From the NCBI RefSeq assembly GCF_009914755.1, contig NC_060934.1: DNA of 64,000 nt. One strand, 5' to 3'. Source of the DNA: the human T2T-CHM13v2.0 reference genome, Homo sapiens. The translations under genes and the position numbers were made by a program. Shown in pieces: positions 1-11,480 of this stretch. A model generated the notes under the pieces. The model saw only the letters and a list, made by a program, of their open reading frames with translations. It had not been told where the DNA came from and searched no databases. How positions within the stretch are numbered: the stretch's first letter is position 1; each line of letters starts with the position of its first letter.

Positions 1-560
1 CGAGCCCCCAGAATCCAGGTCAGCTCCTGGTGGCAGGGGACCTGCCCGTCAAAGCCGTCCAAGGTGAGCCAGCAAATCCGTGTGGCCTGGGAGCACAGGT
101 GGGCCTGCTCGGACCATGCCCTTGGTGCAGTACAAAACCATGTTCTGCTTCCTCTCCGAGGGTTTCCGCGGCCCTGTCAGAACAGGCTTGATAGATGCCC
201 GGAGGTTCCCTCTGACAGCCGCAGCAGCAGGGCTCAAACCGGCGGGGCCGTGTACCGCTCCAAGGACAAGCTCTGCCGAGGCCGACATGAAAAGCCAGCA
301 CGCGGGTCGCCTAGAGCCACTCTGCCTCCAAGCTGCAGCGCCGTTCGTGAAAATACAGAGGGAGAGGGAAGGCACAAAGAAATACAAAACTATTTTCCAA
401 ATAAAAAGAAATGTCGAAACAAGAAAGCTGTGTTCTTCAGCCTTGGCCCTGGGTCCCCCTCACCCTGTCGCATTTCCCAGCACTGTGATGCTTTGAAGGC
501 CGACACCGAGACCCGCCGCGCACGACAGCCACCTCGCAGCCACTCAGACCGGCGGACCAC
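1..560. other. CpG-enriched GC-rich patch (possible edge of a CpG island)
   Basis: Many undeaminated CG dinucleotides (e.g. ccggcggggccg, cgcgggtcgc, acccgccgcgcacg) against a CpG-depleted background. May continue left of the window. Confidence 0.4.
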
Positions 561-2058
561 GCTCCCCTGTTTCCAGAGAGATGAGAGAGTCAGAAGTAAT
601 ACTTGTTTTTGCAGAACCACACTTGTGGCAAAATAAGTTGCCTTTGGCCACGCAGGAGACTGAGTTTTGTGAGGGGTTGTCCTTCTCCCAGTCTCTCTTC
701 CCGCTGGGAACAGAAGTGTCCAGTAAACCCACCTGCATTCCACGTGTCCTGTGGCCGCCTCCAGTGGTGAGTCTGTGAGGCCAGAGAAGAGAAGCTATGA
801 CCGTGCAAACATGCATGTTATGGTGTTGGCTGATGCGGAATCAGGAAGCTTGGAGGAGCTCTTGCATGAGGAATTGCAGAACTTAGGGGCATGAATTTGC
901 ACTTCCAGATGTGAAGGTTGCAGGCACCGGGCGTTGCAGAGGAAGTGGGCAAGCTCACCTTGTAGAGAACTTACTTGGGGTTTGTAATTTGTATACACTT
1001 CTTACCCAGCAGAAACAGCTTACTGAACACCCCTCGGGTGGCTGGATGATGTGCTAGCAACTGAAACCATCTCTGCGACTTAAGCTTCTCTGGTGCGTCG
1101 CGCCCCACGTGCTTCTCCAGAATCCCGTTTGGAGGGGCCAAGCAAGTCCAATATAGATAGGTTTATACTGAAGCCATCAGTTTTGTTTCTTACATCGTTT
1201 GTAAACAGCAGTATTATCCTGGAACTTGTTTCCTACAGAACTGTAAGATAAGGATAAAATCCCATCCACCTGAATTGCTGAGAAACGTAAGAGGTGGTGT
1301 GACCCGCTGGAGCCCTGTGGAGTGGCGGACTCTGGGGAGTAGCTGGTCAGTGAGATTCTCGCAGCAATGTGAGGCATCCTCCTCACAGAAATGCATTTAC
1401 GGATGTTGCTGTATCCCCTGACCTGGCCTACAAGGACAGAACAGCCCTGGGGGCCACGTCCCCTCCCCGTCTCATCTGCCGCTTGCTCACCTTGGCTGTC
1501 CATGCACCCGTAGCTGTGACCATGGGCGGTGGCGCCAGCTCGGACTTCACCCCGTTGGAGCGGGCAGGATGTCACACTGAGCTAATGTGAGATTGTTCAT
1601 GAAGCTACAGATCTTAGTGCTACTTGGGCTTCTCACAGCACAGAGGAGGATTCTGAAGTGAGAGATAAATTGGCTTCATGTATGAGCAAGGGGGAAAGTG
1701 TTTTATTTTACTAGGAAGATTTTACTGAAAGACCAATCCCGAAACGGCCCTTGCTTCGGCCACAGCTGCTGGGATGTCCTCGGGCCTCCCCTGTTTGTCT
1801 GCATGTCTTCTTGTTGCCATCGGGGCAGTGGGGTCCCCGGAAACAGTCCAAGGCCCTGGGGTGGGGGATTTAAATTTTTTGGCTTCCCTCAGACCTCAGA
1901 CCGTGTGGGTTTTTTTTTCTTTCTTTCTTTCCTGTTCATGGGCATTTGATTAAAAGTTTGTGTTTAAAGAGCTGAACTTCACATCAGTTTTACTTATCAG
2001 TTTGAAAGACATTGAGATCTAAACACGGCTCTGCCCAAGACCTCTGCCAAGCAGCGCC

Positions 2059-2079
2059 GTCTGTCTGTCTGTCTGTCTG
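2059..2079. repeat. (GTCT)5 microsatellite
   Basis: Read directly: gtctgtctgtctgtctgtctg. Confidence 0.9.
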
Positions 2080-3561
2080 AAGGGATGGGAAGGTGGAGAA
2101 ACTGCAGGTACTGACCTGTCTCTAAGCCACTGAGGGCAGCCATCCAGTGTCCTCGGGACCCCATGGCTCCAGCTGCTGACAGATGTGAAACGTCTGGCCT
2201 CCATCACCCGGGTCGCCCCGACAAGGATCTGTAATGGGGGCAGGGGTGGGGGTGGATGAGAAAGTAGGAAGTGGATGCTGGGCAGCGAGGTGTGAACTGA
2301 CGGCAGAGCCCAGCCCGACAGCACCTTTGATTGATGAAAGGACATTGTTAACAAGCCTTTAAAGTTTCTCATTAATGTTTTTTTCGTTGGAAAAAAAAGC
2401 CACCAGAAAAAAATTCCACATGGACAGTAATTAAGATCGATCCCGTACAGTATGGTATCAATGTTTGGGAGCCTTTAGGAAAAAATTATCCACCCTCCTA
2501 TTAAAGACTTATTTTCAAGCTGCCATTTTCCAGGCTGTTGAAAGTCCCTGGCAGTGTGGGTACCTGGGCAGTCAGGCACGTTCCGCAGATGTGATGTGGT
2601 CGGCCTCACAGGTAATGTTTCTACTGTGGCCTGAGGATGGAGAGTGGAGCCCCTGAGCTTTAGTTGTCACGGACTCTGATGCAGTCAGGCAAGGAAGGGT
2701 GGGGAAGGATCTGATGGATCTGCTGCCGTGGAGAAGCTGGAGTTCTTCTCAGCTCCGAGTGAGCCCCAAGGAGTGCGTCTGAGCAGAGTGCACGTGGTGC
2801 CCATGGTTCTCACCAGAGATGCTCAAGCCCTTGGGCGAGGGGGCTGAGCCAGCCCCGACATTGTACACACAGCACCACACACGGGCATACCCAACGGTTC
2901 TTTACAGGTCTTCGAGTTACACGTCACTGCTGTTTGGATCCCAAACACCAGCGGAACGCATGATTCCAGGTTGATTTGTTGACTCACATTAAGGAAACCC
3001 AGCTGGAGAAAGTATCAGGGTCCTAACGTTAAGCAACCTGCGATATTATGCAAAAAGGATTGCTTTTGTGTGTTGTGATTGCCATGGCTACGAGAAGAAA
3101 TGGATGCACGTGTGAGACTTGGCTGGTGACAAGGAAGCATGTATGGACATGGAATCAGGTCCTGAGCAAGCAGGCGGTCCTCCAAGGCGGTGGAATTGGC
3201 CCTGGATCCCTGCCCAAAGGCCGCTCCGCTCTGGGCCTTGGTGGGAAAGCTCTGCCCTCTAGGCTGGCCTCTGAGAGGGCTTTGGTGTGACCTTCCTGTC
3301 ACTGCCCACTTTCTAACCAGACAAGGAGGGTGTCTGTACCTGGCGCTAACCCAGGGTTTGGGGGACCGTCCTGCAGTCCCCGTCGGACAGAGAAGGCTTC
3401 GTTTCTCAGGAGCTCCAGGCTTTGATTCACTCCCACGATGTGTTTCTTTTTGGGGTAAAACAGTCCCCACGGGGAGTTAAATTTTAGGAAGCCATGAGAT
3501 CCTTCCAGATGAAAGGCATCATGTAAGTGTATGATACTGTTACTGAGCAAAAGCCCCAGTG

Positions 3562-3726
3562 CTCCCAGGTGTGGCAACGAGACACCTGCACTCACCGGGC
3601 ACCACCCAGCCGGGGTGGGCGCTCCCCGGGACTGGCAGGTTCTCTAGGTGTGGCAGTGAGACATCACTCACCGGGCACCACCCAGCCGGAGTGGGTGCTC
3701 TCCGGGACTGGCAGGTTCTCCAGGTG
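3562..3726. repeat. ~78-bp tandem duplication (2.1 copies)
   Basis: cactcaccgggcaccacccagccgg(g/a)gtggg(c/t)gctc(c/t)ccgggactggcaggttctc occurs twice head-to-tail. Confidence 0.9.
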
Positions 3727-4225
3727 CCTCCTTCCTCTTGCAGCTTTGCTCACTTTGTCAATTTTCAGGAAGGGGAATTTTAAATGTCCCCCCAGTCCTG
3801 AAGAGATTGAGCAGCATTTTCAGGAGGAGGCCTCACCATCATCATTGCCACACTGGCCATAAACCAGAGACTCTGCTGGAGAAACCCTCTGCAGACCTTG
3901 GAGGCCTCACACATCCCAGTTACGGGCAGCGCAGCTGTCCCCTCTGGAGAAGATTCCTCTGCAATGGGAAAGCATTTGTGAAATGAGGCAGGGTTTACAT
4001 AATTGGTGTGAGCCTGAGCACACCCGGCACACCTGTGTCCTCTGCGTACACCTGCCTGGGTGCCGACACTGCTTGCAGGTGGTTTTGGGGAAAGTGCAGG
4101 CCTGGCTTCCATATGGCACATAGTGGCTTTTCTAAGACTGTTCACATGTCTGCCAATGAGGAATGGCCCTGGCCCCTATTTCCTGTAGATTCCCAACACC
4201 ACTGGAGGGCCCGTGAGGATCCTTC

Positions 4226-4561
4226 TGTCCCTGCAAGGTGTGGCCTACTGGGGTGTCCCTCCAAGGTGTGGCCTGCTGGGGTGTCCCTCCAAGGTGTGGC
4301 CTGCTGGGGTGTCCCTCCAAGGTGTGGCCTGCTGGGGTGTCCCTCCAAGGCGTGGCCTGCTGGGGTGTCCCTGCAAGGCGTGGCCTGCTGGGGTGTCCCT
4401 CCAAGGCGTGGCCTGCTGGGGTGTCCCTCCAAGGCGTGGCCTGCTGGGGTGTCCCTCCAAGGCGTGGCCTGCTGGGGTGTCCCTCCAAGGTGTGGCCTGC
4501 TGGGGTGTCCCTCCAAGGTGTGGACTGCTGGGGTGTCCCTCCAAGGTGTGGCCTGCTGGGG
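4226..4561. repeat. 28-bp minisatellite (VNTR), 12 copies
   Basis: Unit tgtccctccaagg(t/c)gtggcctgctgggg starts at 4226, 4254 ... 4534. Exact 28-bp period, no spacers. Confidence 0.97.
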
Positions 4562-4772
4562 CGGGTCCTGCCAAGTCTTCATCTCCATCACCACTCAGCA
4601 GGGTGTAGCCTGATGTGGGAGGCGCCCAGGAGGCGAAGCAGAGACATCCTGCCTTTCTTTGAAAGCCACCCCAGTGACCAAGAGGTAACTTGAAATCATG
4701 GGCACAAACACCCATAAATCATTATCACAGCTAAGCCGGCCCCCAGCCCCCTCCCAAGGGGTCTTCTGCTGG

Positions 4773-4790
4773 CACCACCACCACCACCAC
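4773..4790. repeat. (CAC)6 microsatellite
   Basis: Read directly: caccaccaccaccaccac. Confidence 0.85.
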
Positions 4791-6917
4791 CCAGAAGGAG
4801 AGGTGGGTTGCCGAGTGGTCTGCTTTGGCCTGGCTTCACCAGGGATGGAAGATACTTGCAAGGTCCAGAGCCGTGGCTGACCCTGGAACTGGGAGGGAGG
4901 GGAGCTGTTTTGCAGTTGTCAAACCCAGTATCTGCCATGTGACGCTCCCTGCCCCACACTTTGCAATTCAAACCTCATCTGGGCAGGCATCCCTGAAATG
5001 CACCTTTCCCAGAGTCTTGCTGTTTCCAGAACTTAAGTATTCTCACTCAGGGAGCCGTCTTCTAAGCCACCATTCTGGAGGGCTTTCTTGGGAAAAAGCC
5101 TTTCGTGGACTCTGCATGGTGGCCCTGGGGACTGGCACTCACCTCCCCTGAGCCCCTCGCTGGAGACAGCGGAGTATCCCGACCAAGGGCTCCTCCCACC
5201 TGACCAGACGGGCCATCCACCAGCGCACCCAAGGCTGGACTCCAGCCTTCAGGGAGCCTCAGGTCCAGGTGAGTACATGGAAGAGAATCCCTGAGCCAGA
5301 CCTGGGACGTTCTGGAACACTCTGGAGCCAGCTCTCTTGCAAGAGCTGTGGGCTGGGAGTTGGCACCACCAGTTCCATGGAGAAGTTGGCCTGGTGGTGG
5401 CTGTGGAGCTCTGGAACAGGAGGCCCCCAAGGGGCTGCACGCCAGTGCACAGACTGCCTCTCTCATTGCTGATGGGTGAAGCAGACCCTTGGGACAGAAG
5501 GACCCTGTGCTCCCCCGCCCCCCAGGCCAGGATCGGGTGGCTCTCATCAGAAGGCCCCACTCCAGGGTGTCGCTGTCGGCTTCCTGGGTCCCCAGCAGGC
5601 TTTGATCCTTCCCCCACAGCCACAGAGGGTGGGCCTCCCTCACCCACAGGAGTGTTGGAGGGCAGTGTTCCCACCACGTGAGGTCCCCCAGGGTGCTAAC
5701 TCCCCTGCCCTTTGGCTGCTGTCCTCCAGCTGTGCAGGAGTGGAGAGCAGCCCTGCTCCATACCAGCAGTGGCCAGAGGCGTTCTAGCCACCCAAGCAGG
5801 AAGCTCACAGCCCTGTCTTGACTCTAGGTTAACCAAACACAAGACCACCGTGGGCCACTGGCTGCCTCCACCTCCCCCTCCCCCAAGGCGGCCACACCCA
5901 GCACGTGGTCTGCAGAGGCCACAGTGAGCTGAACTGGGGAAACAAGGGCCTGAGGAACTGTGGAGAGAAGCCCCTTTCCCAAAGAACCTGCACAGTGAGC
6001 ATGCTCTCGGAGCCCCCGCAAGGCCACTGGAGGAGACAGCCGGGCTCTGGCTACCCCAGATCTGCAGGGGTCACTGCCTTCACTCTGATGTGGAAGTGCG
6101 GCTCACAGGGCTCAAGGAGCAGGCAACGGAGCAGCCATGGAACCCCAGTCCCTGGGCTCCTGCATGCACTGAAAGCCTGGCGGGGTGGGTGGTGGGAGAA
6201 AGTACCCAGAGGTGACGGGGGAGAGGGACGAAGGCCTCAGGCCAGCTCTGATGTCCCAGAGGCATCTGAGTGCCATGGGCACTGGGCCCAGTTCAGGGCT
6301 TTGCAGGCTTCTGGATACCCCGTGTGGCTGGGTTTTAGGCCAGGACTGTGACCTGTGGTAGAAGGTCCAGAGTATCTCAGGACATCCAATCCCAGAATCT
6401 TCCTGATCCAGGGATGTCAGGCCTGAGTGACCATGCCCAGAAGCCAGAGGGAATCCTGGTGTCTGTAGCCCTGACCGAGTGTCAGGCACTTTCCCCAGGC
6501 ACACTTGGGCCTCCCAGGAATGTCCTTCAGCTGCAGGGATGCAGCCCTGGATGGCATGCACAGGGTAAATCCAGAATGTTCAGACAGGTAAAAAAAAAAA
6601 AGGGCCATAGCCATGTCAGCTGCTGGTGCTCACAGACATTCCGCTAATAAACTGTGACAATGAGGATGGCAGATGAGATGTAGGATGTTGTGGTTCAGGC
6701 CTGGGAGAGGTCGAGGCTGGTGGCCCCACAGATGGGCTGGTTCTTTTCATCACCTTTTAATGATTGCATCTGTGGGGTGAGCATGTTCCTCTCGACCTTC
6801 TGCTGTGTCCCCCTCTGAACCAAAGCCTGAAGTGGGCTGGGCCTCCTCCCATTAGGCCTCCTGCCGGGACCCGCCTTGCTTCTAAGGTGGAGGGACATCT
6901 TCCCCTGACTCGGGAGG

Positions 6918-7002
6918 GCCAGGTCCTGCCACTCAGACGGGAGGCCACTGCATGGAGCCAGGTCCTGCCATTCAGAGCAGGGGGCCAACGCATGGAGCCA
7001 GG
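6918..7002. repeat. 39-40-bp tandem duplication (2.2 copies)
   Basis: gccaggtcctgcca(c/t)tcaga...gcatgga starts at 6918 and 6957, with a partial third copy at 6997. Confidence 0.8.
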
Positions 7003-7621
7003 GTGGTAAATATGGGCCTCCCTGACCCGACCTGCCCAGGGAGGTCCTCGGTGTTCATGTCTGCAAAACAGCAATGGGGGAGCTTGCCTCAAAAGAGTGC
7101 TGGAAATAGCAAGAGACTTCAAAGATCTTTGAAAACTTTACAAGGCACACAAAAAAATACAGTGATCACAAAATCTCTCCAAGGCACATGCAAAGAAGTA
7201 TGGCCAAGGATATGTTTTGCATAACATAACCAAAGTTGTGTTATGCAAAGAAACGGGATCAACCCAGTGACCCAGCAATGAGGGACTGGATACATCCACT
7301 GGAAACATTCAGTAGAATGGGTGAGATCTCAGCCTGTTTGTCTTCTAAGGGGAAGAGGCCCATCCCTACAGAGTAGCAAGATGACACGTAAGGCATGTGC
7401 CCAGGTGCGATGCCCAGAAACAGGCCAGAGCTCATCACCTGTCTCTGGGTGAGGGGATTACAAGCAGTTTCCTTTCTTGCTACCTAGATATGCAGGTGTG
7501 TGTATACAAACACACACACACACATATACTATACACACTACCTCAGGAGGGAGGAACAAAGGAAGGAAGGAAGGAATCTCAGGTTTTTTAAATGCAGCCT
7601 GTAACATGTGAAGGTTTTTAA

Positions 7622-8232
7622 AATTTGCTTTTCATTTCCATTTTTATTTTAGATTCAGGGGAGGCATGTGCAGGTTTGTCACAAGGGTGTATTGCATGAT
7701 GCCGAAGTTTGGGCTTCTATCGATCCTGTCACCCAGATAGTGAACATCTGTATCCAATAGGAAGATTTTCAGCCCTTACCCCCTCTTCCCTCCCTTTGGA
7801 GTCCCCAGGGTCTGTTGTTCCCATCTTTATGTCTGTGTGTACCCAAGACTTAGTTCCCACTTATAAGTGAGAACATGGGGTATTTGGATTTCTGTTCTTG
7901 CATTAATTTGCTTAGGATCATGGACTTCAGCTGCCTCCATGTTGCTGCAAAGACGTGGTTTTCTTCTTTTTTTATGGCTGCATAGTATTCCATGGTGTAT
8001 ACTGGATAAAGTGGACTTTATCCAGTCCACTGTTGATGGACACCTAGGTTTATTCCATGTCTTTGCTATTGTGAATAGTGCTGCAATGAGCATAGGGGTG
8101 CGTGTGTCTTTTCAGTTGAACAATTTTTTTTAGTAGATACCCAGTGACGGGATTGCTGGATTGAATGGTAGTTCTGTTTTAAGTTCTCTGAAAAATCTCC
8201 AAACTGCTTCCCACAGGGGCTGAAGCAATTTG
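7622..8232 (-). mobile_element. L1 3' end (old primate L1PA13-16/L1PB-like), 5'-truncated
   Basis: Antisense L1 3'UTR motifs (catgtgcaggtttgt, cccacttataagtgagaacatg, tatggctgcatagtattccatgg). Minus ORF 7827..8093 (LIAALFTIAKTWNKPRCPSTVDWIK) matches the ORF2p C-terminus. Confidence 0.9.
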
Positions 8233-10194
8233 CGAGGAATCTCTATTTTTTAAAAAGAAAGCTCAAGAGAGAGGAAGCAGCGGAACCCCTCCACACAGCG
8301 CAGACCCCCAGGACCCACATGAGGAACACAGTTCTCGATTTGAAGAGACCAATTCCCAAGGAGGTTTATAAGAAGAAATACCTGTTAGTGTTCATTTACT
8401 TTCTCAGGAAGACCCCGGGGTCTGAGGAGAAGTGGTCTTTGAAGTAGTTGGTTCATAAGTTATTGACCGAGGGTCTAGGGGTAGAGGAAGCTGTGCCTGG
8501 CCAGCTCCGTGGCTGTGTTCTCCGGGGAAGAGTTATCATTTTGTTAAGAAGTTACTCTAAAGGATGCTTTTAAGGCAACGACCAGAATGTAGACAGAAAC
8601 TAGCATCTGCCCCCAGAGAGTGCGTACCACCCAGGATTGCGAAAGCGCTCTCATCCCAGGTACACAAGAGCCTCTGTGTGTCTTATGGCTTTTATGATTT
8701 TAAATGACGTGAGGTATGCACGCGTGACAGCAGATTCATGGGGGCTGCAGAAACCCCTTGAGAAGAGAGGTATGTTGTCTCTGCACCTCCTGTACACAGG
8801 TTGTGTCGGGGGTTTCCTAACCTGGGGGCGGAGGAGTTCGGTGTTCGGTGCATGCGCGTTACAACTTCATCACGTGTCTCCTTCCAGCAGCCCAGCTCAG
8901 GGGCCGCGCAGGAAGCCATGGAGGCGTGCCCTTTAGCACCAGTGCCCTCCCGTGGTCCAGGCTGCCCAGGGATGTGAGGAACTGGACGCCAGCGGCTGGA
9001 CCCTGAGGGACAGCTGTGGGGGCCAAGAGGACACGTGGAGGTTTTTCACCTGCGTGGAGAAAACACTTAGGGAATGGGGGAAGCATAGTCGGTTTTTAAA
9101 TTTCATTTTTGCAGATTCTGCCTCGTTGTGGCTGCCATTGTTATAACTCTTGTTTCTGTTGAGAAAGTACAGAGGGTGCGTTTGGTAGCGAGTTCAGAGA
9201 TCACCAGCCAGCCTCATTTACTCGTCTTCCTGAAAGCAGCACTGGGCGAGCGGTCTAAACCCCTTGGCCGCAAGGGCCGGTCCCAGCCCTGTGAGAGCTG
9301 CCTGGGGTCCACACTTTCCCAGCCCCTTCTCAGTTTGTCTGCTGGGTGCTAGACAAGCTGGGGCCAGATGCCGGGAACTCTTGACAGCCCCTGGTTTGTG
9401 CTGATTTCCTTTCCTGGGCCCCCACTGGAGTCTTTCCTGGCTCAAGGCCTCCTCGTGGAGCTTCCTGGAGCTGGGAGCACACGAGCAGGAGGATCTTCAA
9501 GGCCAGGGAGATGGAAGTGCACACAGCAGAGACATCGTCTCACACAGCAGAGACGCCGTCTCACACCTGCAGAGGACAAGATCAGCAGGTTTCAGAAGCC
9601 CCCAAAGAAATGGGGAAAGCCCAGACCGCGGGGCAGCACGGCCACCGTGCCAGCTACTAAAGTCACCTCGATGAGGTCAGGAGGTGTTTCTTTTCTTATC
9701 CTTCAATGCTTTTTGTGAAGATGAAGCTTTCAGCCATGGAAGACATGAAGCCCGTGGGCACGTAGGCCTCATCTGCTTCTGAAGCAGTGGCTTTCCACAC
9801 TGCTGCTGTCTTCCGGTGGACGCGCAGGCCTGGCAGGAGTCTTTGGACACAGCACGCCTGCTGCCTCTGCCCCGCCTGCACACTGGGAGTGCCAACACCC
9901 ATGTCCCTGGCTGGTGGTCCTCACAGTGCCCAGCAGCCCACAAGAAGCATTGGGTGTTGGGGGAACATAGACGGCCTATTTTCAGCCACTTAAAGGGAAA
10001 ATCAGCTCAAAAATCAACAACAAAAATTTGTTGCAACACACTATACATAATTTCATGAGAAAATCAAATTACACATAATACAAAGCGATTCGGAGTCCCC
10101 CGATAGCACTGAGAAGACCTGAGCACTGCATCCTCCAGCAGCTTCTAAATCCCTTCCTCCCTTCCTAAAAAGGGAGCAACATCAAAACACTCTC

Positions 10195-10585
10195 CTTACG
10201 CGCCTGACTTCAGAACGCCAAGACGGTCGCCACGCTGCGCTTGCCTAGGACCCAGCCAGTGCGGGCTGCCCTGAAGCTCAGCTCCTTCCTAGCGCAGGGC
10301 TGCACACCGCTTACCGCCCTGCAGTGTGGGCGTGAGTGCCCGTGTGGTCGTTTATGTCGAGGACTGTATGCTCTGACCACGATGCCACGTGACCCAGTTC
10401 CCAAACATACGAACCCACGTCTGGACCTCAGTGTGACTTAAGACCAAGGGCCCGAGATGGCACCGGGTGCATCCGCGTCGGCGCTGAATTCGAGCCATGG
10501 TTGAAAAAGCCAAGCATGGGTTCTGCTCAGCTGCTGGAGGGAGGTGGCCAGCTCCTGCGCGGTCTCCAGGCCAGGAGGACTCGAG
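10195..10585. promoter_or_regulatory. Small CpG-island-like patch with a CACGTGAC E-box
   Basis: About 29 CpGs in ~390 bp by hand count. CACGTGAC at 10386-10393. Lies ~300 bp from the polypyrimidine array. Confidence 0.45.
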
Positions 10586-10877
10586 CCAAGCTGAGAACAC
10601 TCATTTATTTGAAGCTGCTGCTTCTTTGAGACACAGAATGACACATCTAAATAGTACAGCACCAAGAAGTATGTAGCTGCCTGTATTTTTCCGAGCAAAC
10701 ATCTGACTGCTGTGCCAGGAAGCAATATGACAGGTATTCTGTAGTTTCAAGCAAATTGGTCTCAGATGTAGATGAACAGATTTTCACAAGGAAAGGATGG
10801 AAGTTTGTCATGTGCTGGGCCTGAGCCTGCCAGGTGCTGCGAGTTCGTTCGTTCCTGGCTAAGGATGGAAGCCGCCA

Positions 10878-11480
10878 TCTCCTCCCCCTCTCCCTTCTCC
10901 TCTTCCCGCTCTCCCTTCTCCTCTTCCCGCTCTCCCTTCTCCTCTTCCCGCTCTCCCTTCTCCTCTTCCCCCTCTCCCTTCTCCTCTTCCCCCTCTCCCT
11001 TCTCCTCTTCCCCCTCTCCCTTCTCCTCTTCCCCCTCTCCCTTCTCCTCTTCCCCCTCTCCCTTCTCCTCTTCCCCCTCTCCCTTCTCCTCTTCCCCCTC
11101 TCCCTTCTCCTCTTCCCCCCTCCTCTTCCCCCTCTCCCTTCTCCTCTTCCCCCCTCCCTCCTCCTCTTCCCCCCTCCCTCCTCCTCTTCCCCCTCTCCCT
11201 CCTCCTCTTCCCCCTCTCCCTCCTCCTCTTCCCCCTCTCCCTCCTCCTCTTCCCCCTCTCCCTCCTCCTCTTCCCCCTCTCCCTCCTCTTCCCCCCTCCC
11301 TCCTCCTCTTCCCCCTCTCCCCCCTCTCCCTCCTCCTCTTCCCCCTCTCCCTCCTCCTCTTCCCCCTCTCCCTCCTCCTCTTCCCCCTCTCCCTCCTCCT
11401 CTTCCCCCTCTCCCTCCTCCTCTTCCCCCTCTCCCTCCTCCTCTTCCCCCTCTCCCTCCTCCTCTTCCCCTCCCTCCTCC
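10878..11480. repeat. 603-bp polypyrimidine/polypurine 21-bp minisatellite (~28-29 units)
   Basis: Units ctcccttctcctcttccccct, then ctccctcctcctcttccccct. The + strand has no A and only three G (cccgct variants in the first units). Confidence 0.97.

Noticed and set aside
4226-4561. CRISPR-like array (28-bp repeats)
   Set aside because: Repeats are head-to-tail with no unique spacers, there are no cas genes, and the DNA is primate.
4008-4715. Several overlapping 118-201 aa ORFs with repeating peptides
   Set aside because: They result from the stop-free 28-bp VNTR being open in all frames. No splice or homology support.
4773-4790. Poly-His-encoding (CAC)6
   Set aside because: A short microsatellite within a 60-aa chance ORF.
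5062-5808. 248-aa minus-strand ORF; likewise 41869..42612 (247 aa), 40528..41229 (233 aa), 23900..24562 (220 aa) and 32032..32664 (210 aa)
   Set aside because: No recognisable domain. Composition is typical of chance ORFs in GC-rich or low-complexity DNA, and many start at GTG/TTG.
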